Assembly (NCBI GenBank): GCA_046538485.1
Contig: JBKHIT010000100.1
Span: 1 to 11,279, forward strand
Length of the DNA stretch: 11,279 nt
Origin: Candidatus Brocadiia bacterium
GTDB taxonomy: Bacteria > Planctomycetota > Brocadiia > SM23-32
Reading direction: 5' to 3'
The notes beneath the pieces were generated by a model. It saw nothing but the letters and a program-made list of their open reading frames with translations, searched no databases and was not told the DNA's origin. Every line of letters begins with the position of its first letter. The first letter of the stretch is position 1. A program made the translations under genes and the position numbers. This document shows, piece by piece, positions 7,587-11,279 of the stretch.

Positions 7587-7616
7587 TTGTTAACGCTCCA
7601 CCGAATCTCTTATAAT
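7587..7616 (+). promoter_or_regulatory. Putative sigma70 promoter of porin gene 1
   Basis: TTGTTA (7587-7592), 18 nt, TATAAT (7611-7616). The same architecture is conserved upstream of the paralog at 9374-9403. Confidence 0.6.
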
Positions 7617-7822
7617 AGGTCAATACTTTGTTCATCTTTTGCCGACGTTCGTCGGCTGTTAATTGGGGAAAGCAAAAAGTTGAAGCAAGAACTGCATGGA
7701 TATAGAAACCGTAAACTTTCGCAGAGAGGAGGAAATAGGCTGAAAAACTGGGGAATAGCTGCTTTGTCAAGAAAAGATTTTTTAGAAGAAACCGCGTAAA
7801 TTGTTAAGGAGGAAAGTTAAAT

Positions 7823-9205
7823 ATGAGACATTTCACACTATTAGTGATAGTGGCTTGTGCGCTGGTGCTTAGCGGCGCAAGAGCCAGGACGGCGAAAGCG
7901 GGGGGGAAAGAGCCCACTGGCATAGAAAAGGAAGAACGGCCGCTCGGCTTTGACCTGACGGGCGAGTCTATATTGGATGACATGCCCATCGATGAAGCTA
8001 TCAAAGACGGGGAGATTGAAGGGGAAGCCGGTGTATATTTCCAGGGCACCGACCCGGACGATCCCGAGACTCCGCCCCCTCCGGGCGCCGTGGGAAATGG
8101 CGAAGATGCCGATTATTTTTTCGGCGTCGGTTACCTGAACGTGGCTTTCGAGAGCGCGTCAGTGAACGGTCTGCAGTTCGGCATTGGGGGACTTGCTCTC
8201 AACCAGATCTGGTGGGATTTTGAGAGATGGGATCCTATTACCGAAAGTTTTGACGGCGACGTTGACTACGACGACGCCGTTGACGACGATGCCCTGTTGC
8301 ACACGGCATACGTTCAGTACAACGTCCCCAATAGCAAGACGTCTGTCGTGTTAGGACGGAAACAGTTTAAAGAATCTATCGTTATGGATGGGAGTTTTCA
8401 CCAGGGCATGGAGCTGTCGGTCAAAGATGGCGAGGCGGTAGACGTTTATTTCTCGGCCGTTGAGAAATGGGCTGATGCCGACCTTTGCGATCTCGACGAG
8501 ATGATGAGCCTGGGTGAAATCGAGATGAACAGCCTCGATTCAGCCGGCAATTGGGGATATTCCCTGATTACTGATGTAGAAGTCGAAAACGGCGTGGTTA
8601 CGCCTTTTGCTCACTACCACGACAACGTGGTTCTCGTGTCTGGTGTTTCGGGAAAATCGGTCCTGGAAATGGATGACGATATATCGATCACTTTTTCCGG
8701 TGCATGGAGTCGGCACTACGAAGAGACTCCCAGTTCCGTTTCGGATGACGATGAAGATTGGAGCCAGTATCTGCTCCATCAAAGAGTGGATATGCAGGAC
8801 TTTTTCGTCGCCGGCGGATATTACAAGGTCAGTGACGGTTTAGCCGACGCACCACGGGGTACCGGCATTTTCCAGGATGATTTTTCGCCTATGGAGCGGA
8901 TCGGCGAAAGGAATAATTTCGTTAACTTCGGCGACGAAACCTGGGCCGATACTCGCATTCTCTTCCTGGAGCTGGGATACGATTTTGGTCCCGTTGAGAT
9001 CCAGCTTGTCTACGGCAAGGCCGAGGACGATTCCGATGACGCCGGTGAGGTGGACAGTGACGCCAACGAGATTGATCTCGAGGTGAAAGCCGAAATCACC
9101 GACCGGATTGCCTTCCAATCCGTTTTTGCCGATGTCGACTTTGACCACAATGACGAGAACAACGATTACTATTACTGGGAAGGTGCCCTGAGCGCCAGCT
9201 TCTGA
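7823..9205 (+). CDS. Outer-membrane beta-barrel protein, putative porin (Opr/OprD-like), paralog 1
   Basis: Signal peptide (MRHFTLLVIVACALVLSGA...AKA), alternating amphipathic strands, C-terminal beta-signal YYWEGALSASF, very D/E-rich, strong SD TAAGGAGG. The family assignment is tentative. Confidence 0.78.
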   Translation: MRHFTLLVIVACALVLSGARARTAKAGGKEPTGIEKEERPLGFDLTGESILDDMPIDEAIKDGEIEGEAGVYFQGTDPDDPETPPPPGAVGNGEDADYFFGVGYLNVAFESASVNGLQFGIGGLALNQIWWDFERWDPITESFDGDVDYDDAVDDDALLHTAYVQYNVPNSKTSVVLGRKQFKESIVMDGSFHQGMELSVKDGEAVDVYFSAVEKWADADLCDLDEMMSLGEIEMNSLDSAGNWGYSLITDVEVENGVVTPFAHYHDNVVLVSGVSGKSVLEMDDDISITFSGAWSRHYEETPSSVSDDDEDWSQYLLHQRVDMQDFFVAGGYYKVSDGLADAPRGTGIFQDDFSPMERIGERNNFVNFGDETWADTRILFLELGYDFGPVEIQLVYGKAEDDSDDAGEVDSDANEIDLEVKAEITDRIAFQSVFADVDFDHNDENNDYYYWEGALSASF

Positions 9206-9224
9206 GCTCAATCTAACAAACTTC

Positions 9225-9267
9225 CAGCGTCCGGGACGGTATCATCGTCCCGGACGCTGTCTTTTTT
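9225..9267 (+). terminator. Rho-independent terminator after porin 1
   Basis: Perfect 14-bp stem CAGCGTCCGGGACG / CGTCCCGGACGCTG followed by TCTTTTTT. Confidence 0.9.
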
Positions 9268-9373
9268 GTGATTGCTTTACATGAATTGGGGCAGGGAGCT
9301 TTTTTATTGTCCACCGCTTAAACAGCATTTTTCGGTTTGTTCGCCGATTTTTTGTTGTTTTTGAAGTTTACAT

Positions 9374-9403
9374 TTGTTACTGTCTTATGAAATCGGTTAT
9401 ATT
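9374..9403 (+). promoter_or_regulatory. Putative sigma70 promoter of porin gene 2
   Basis: TTGTTA (9374-9379), 18 nt, TATATT (9398-9403). Aligns without gaps to the porin 1 promoter (ATTTGTTA...AATC..TTATA.T). Confidence 0.55.
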
Positions 9404-9655
9404 GCTGTAATATTATGGTTTTGTTTTTGCCGTATTTGCCGCATTTACGGGGTGCTTTTTGCCACACGCGCTTTTCATGCGCGGCTGAGATGTACATGCA
9501 TGGATCGATAAAAAGTCTATAAAAGAATCATCGAGTTGTTGAAATAATGACAATAACTTTTTCTAAAAGGAGGGGTGAACGAAGCTGAAAAGCTGAGAAA
9601 TCTTCTTTTTGATGTACTTTTCAGAAGAACGGGAGAGAACTGTTAAGGAGAACAG

Positions 9656-11056
9656 ATGAAGATGAATCATTTTAGATCAGTGGTGATTGTAGCCCTTGTG
9701 CTGGCTTTTAGCGGCGTGAGGGTCGGAATAGCACAGGAGGCGGAAACGGAAACGGAAACGAACAAGGGCCCTCTTGGCCTGGAGCTTACCAGCGGTAGTT
9801 TGGTAACAGGGACGATTCTGGATGAGGCTATCGGAAACGGAGAGCTTTCGGGAGAAGCCGGTGTCTATTTCGAAGGGACTTCTATTTCCGATGGTGCTCC
9901 GATCTCGTGGGTTTACGGAAACGGGATGTGGGACGATTATTCCTTCGGTACCGGCTACATCGAGATGGCTTTTGAAAGCGCTGCGGTGAACGGATTGCAG
10001 TTCGGAATTGGCGGAATAGCCGTCAACCAGCTGTGGTGGGATCATGATAACCTATTTACCGGAGAGGAAGATTATAGCTCACGCTACACCGAAGATGCGG
10101 CTCTGAATAAAGCCTATCTCAAGTACACTTTTCCTGAAACGGAGTCGTCTATCACAATAGGCCGGAAAGAATTCAAAAAATCGGTCTGTATGGAAGGTGA
10201 TTTCCACCAGGGCGTCGAGATTGCGGTAAAAGACGTTGAGATGGTCGATATTTACCTTTCCGCCATCGAAAAATGGGCGAACGAATCCGGTCCAGACGAG
10301 ATCACTCATGAAGTCGAGATGGAGGAGCGTCGAGGAAGGGGCAATTGGGGTTGGTCCCTGATTGCGGATATAGCTGTCGATAACCTTTCTGTCACTCCCT
10401 TTTGTCACCTCCACAGAGGGTCCGTTCTTTCTGGTGGTATGTCAGCTGAAGGCGTATTGGAGATGGATGAAAAGCTGTCGGTGTCTTTTGATGGTGCCGT
10501 TTCCTGGCACGAGGAAAAGACGGAGGATGATCCGGGCACAAACTGGGCGGAGATTTCGGACGAAAACGACGAGGATTGGCATCAGTACCTGCTTCGCTGC
10601 AAGGTAAAAATGGACAAATTTACCGTTGCGGCCGGGTATTATAAAGTTAGTGACGATAAGGATCGATCTAACCCTGCCCTCACCAAGTGGGGTAACAAGG
10701 TTGGCTTTACGGATGCTGCCTCTCCCGGTGAGCTTTTCCAGGAAGATTTTTGTCCGCTGGAAGAGATAGGCTTTTGGGGAGACACAGGAACAGCTTTCCT
10801 GGAGATGGGCTACGACCTGGGTGGCGTGGGTATCAGCGCGATTTACGGTATCGCTCATGATAACAATGATAGCGGGACCTTAAATATTCCTACTGGGGAT
10901 GTCGATAGTGACGCTGAGGAAATCGATCTCAGGCTCGACGCTAACCTGACGGATCGAATTTCGTTCGACGTTCTCTGGGCCCGTATTAATTTCGAGGAAG
11001 ACGATCACAACGACGATTACGATTACTGGGAAGGTGGCCTGAGCGTCAGCTTCTGA
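9656..11056 (+). CDS. Outer-membrane beta-barrel protein, putative porin, paralog 2
   Basis: Signal peptide, C-terminal YWEGGLSVSF, and blocks shared with paralog 1 (GEAGVYF, AFESAxVNGLQFGIGG, NQxWWD, FHQG, EKWA, GNWG, GYYKVSD, FLExGYD, VDSDAxEIDL). SD TAAGGAG. Confidence 0.78.
   Translation: MKMNHFRSVVIVALVLAFSGVRVGIAQEAETETETNKGPLGLELTSGSLVTGTILDEAIGNGELSGEAGVYFEGTSISDGAPISWVYGNGMWDDYSFGTGYIEMAFESAAVNGLQFGIGGIAVNQLWWDHDNLFTGEEDYSSRYTEDAALNKAYLKYTFPETESSITIGRKEFKKSVCMEGDFHQGVEIAVKDVEMVDIYLSAIEKWANESGPDEITHEVEMEERRGRGNWGWSLIADIAVDNLSVTPFCHLHRGSVLSGGMSAEGVLEMDEKLSVSFDGAVSWHEEKTEDDPGTNWAEISDENDEDWHQYLLRCKVKMDKFTVAAGYYKVSDDKDRSNPALTKWGNKVGFTDAASPGELFQEDFCPLEEIGFWGDTGTAFLEMGYDLGGVGISAIYGIAHDNNDSGTLNIPTGDVDSDAEEIDLRLDANLTDRISFDVLWARINFEEDDHNDDYDYWEGGLSVSF
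9741..9760 (+). repeat. In-frame 6-bp tandem repeat (CGGAAA)x3 encoding ETETET
   Basis: CGGAAACGGAAACGGAAACG just after the predicted signal cleavage site of porin 2. Confidence 0.6.
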
Positions 11057-11076
11057 CTTTAATTTAATGAGGTCCG

Positions 11077-11120
11077 AGCGTCCGGGTGACGTGCTCCGTC
11101 ACCCGGGCGCTATTTTTTTT
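11077..11120 (+). terminator. Rho-independent terminator after porin 2
   Basis: 15-bp stem AGCGTCCGGGTGACG / CGTCACCCGGGCGCT (one G-U) followed by ATTTTTTTT. Shares AGCGTCCGGG with the first terminator. Confidence 0.9.
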
Positions 11121-11279
11121 GCCTTACATGTTGCAAAGATGTTTTATGGCAGGACCGGGCAGCGGGCGGAGATTTCCAATAACCTTCCAAATCTGGTCTT
11201 GCGGGCAGCTTCCGTTAACCCGCATTTCTCAGTGTGCCGTGGAAAGGCACAGGACTTCAGCAGGAGATAATACCTGCCC

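Noticed and set aside
7297..7799. ORFs 7297-7593 and 7587-7799 as genes
   Set aside because: No convincing SD or motifs, and they overlap the promoter and leader conserved between the porin paralogs.
11252..11261. GGACTTCAGC is the reverse complement of GCTGAAGTCC in repeats A and B
   Set aside because: It is only a 10-nt match with no extension, which is compatible with chance.
11200..11279. Cobalamin riboswitch (CAGGAGA...ACCTGCC resembles the B12 box)
   Set aside because: The other core elements (GGGAA-CGGTG, CCCGCAACTGT, GCCACTG, GGGAAG) are absent.

Overview
This bacterial window has six clear + strand genes. In order: a membrane-anchored hypothetical protein (360-917) flanked by two copies of a structured non-coding repeat; a stand-alone DnaE2-type DNA polymerase III alpha (1427-4624) whose sigma70-like promoter overlaps a palindromic, SOS-box-like operator; a phoB-phoR two-component operon with a Pho-box-like promoter (4816-7287); and two tandem paralogous, very acidic outer-membrane beta-barrel (porin-like) genes (7823-9205, 9656-11056). 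The porin genes appear to have been duplicated as complete transcription units (promoter, long leader, CDS, terminator). The most notable observations are: (i) a DnaE2 with no adjacent imuA/imuB but with its own QxxLF clamp-like motif and a variant operator; (ii) a repeat family with compensatory base changes and REP-like inverted ends; (iii) conserved promoter and leader blocks of the twin porins, with 11-bp-phased repeats over the -10. All calls come from reading the sequence by eye; no database searches were run.
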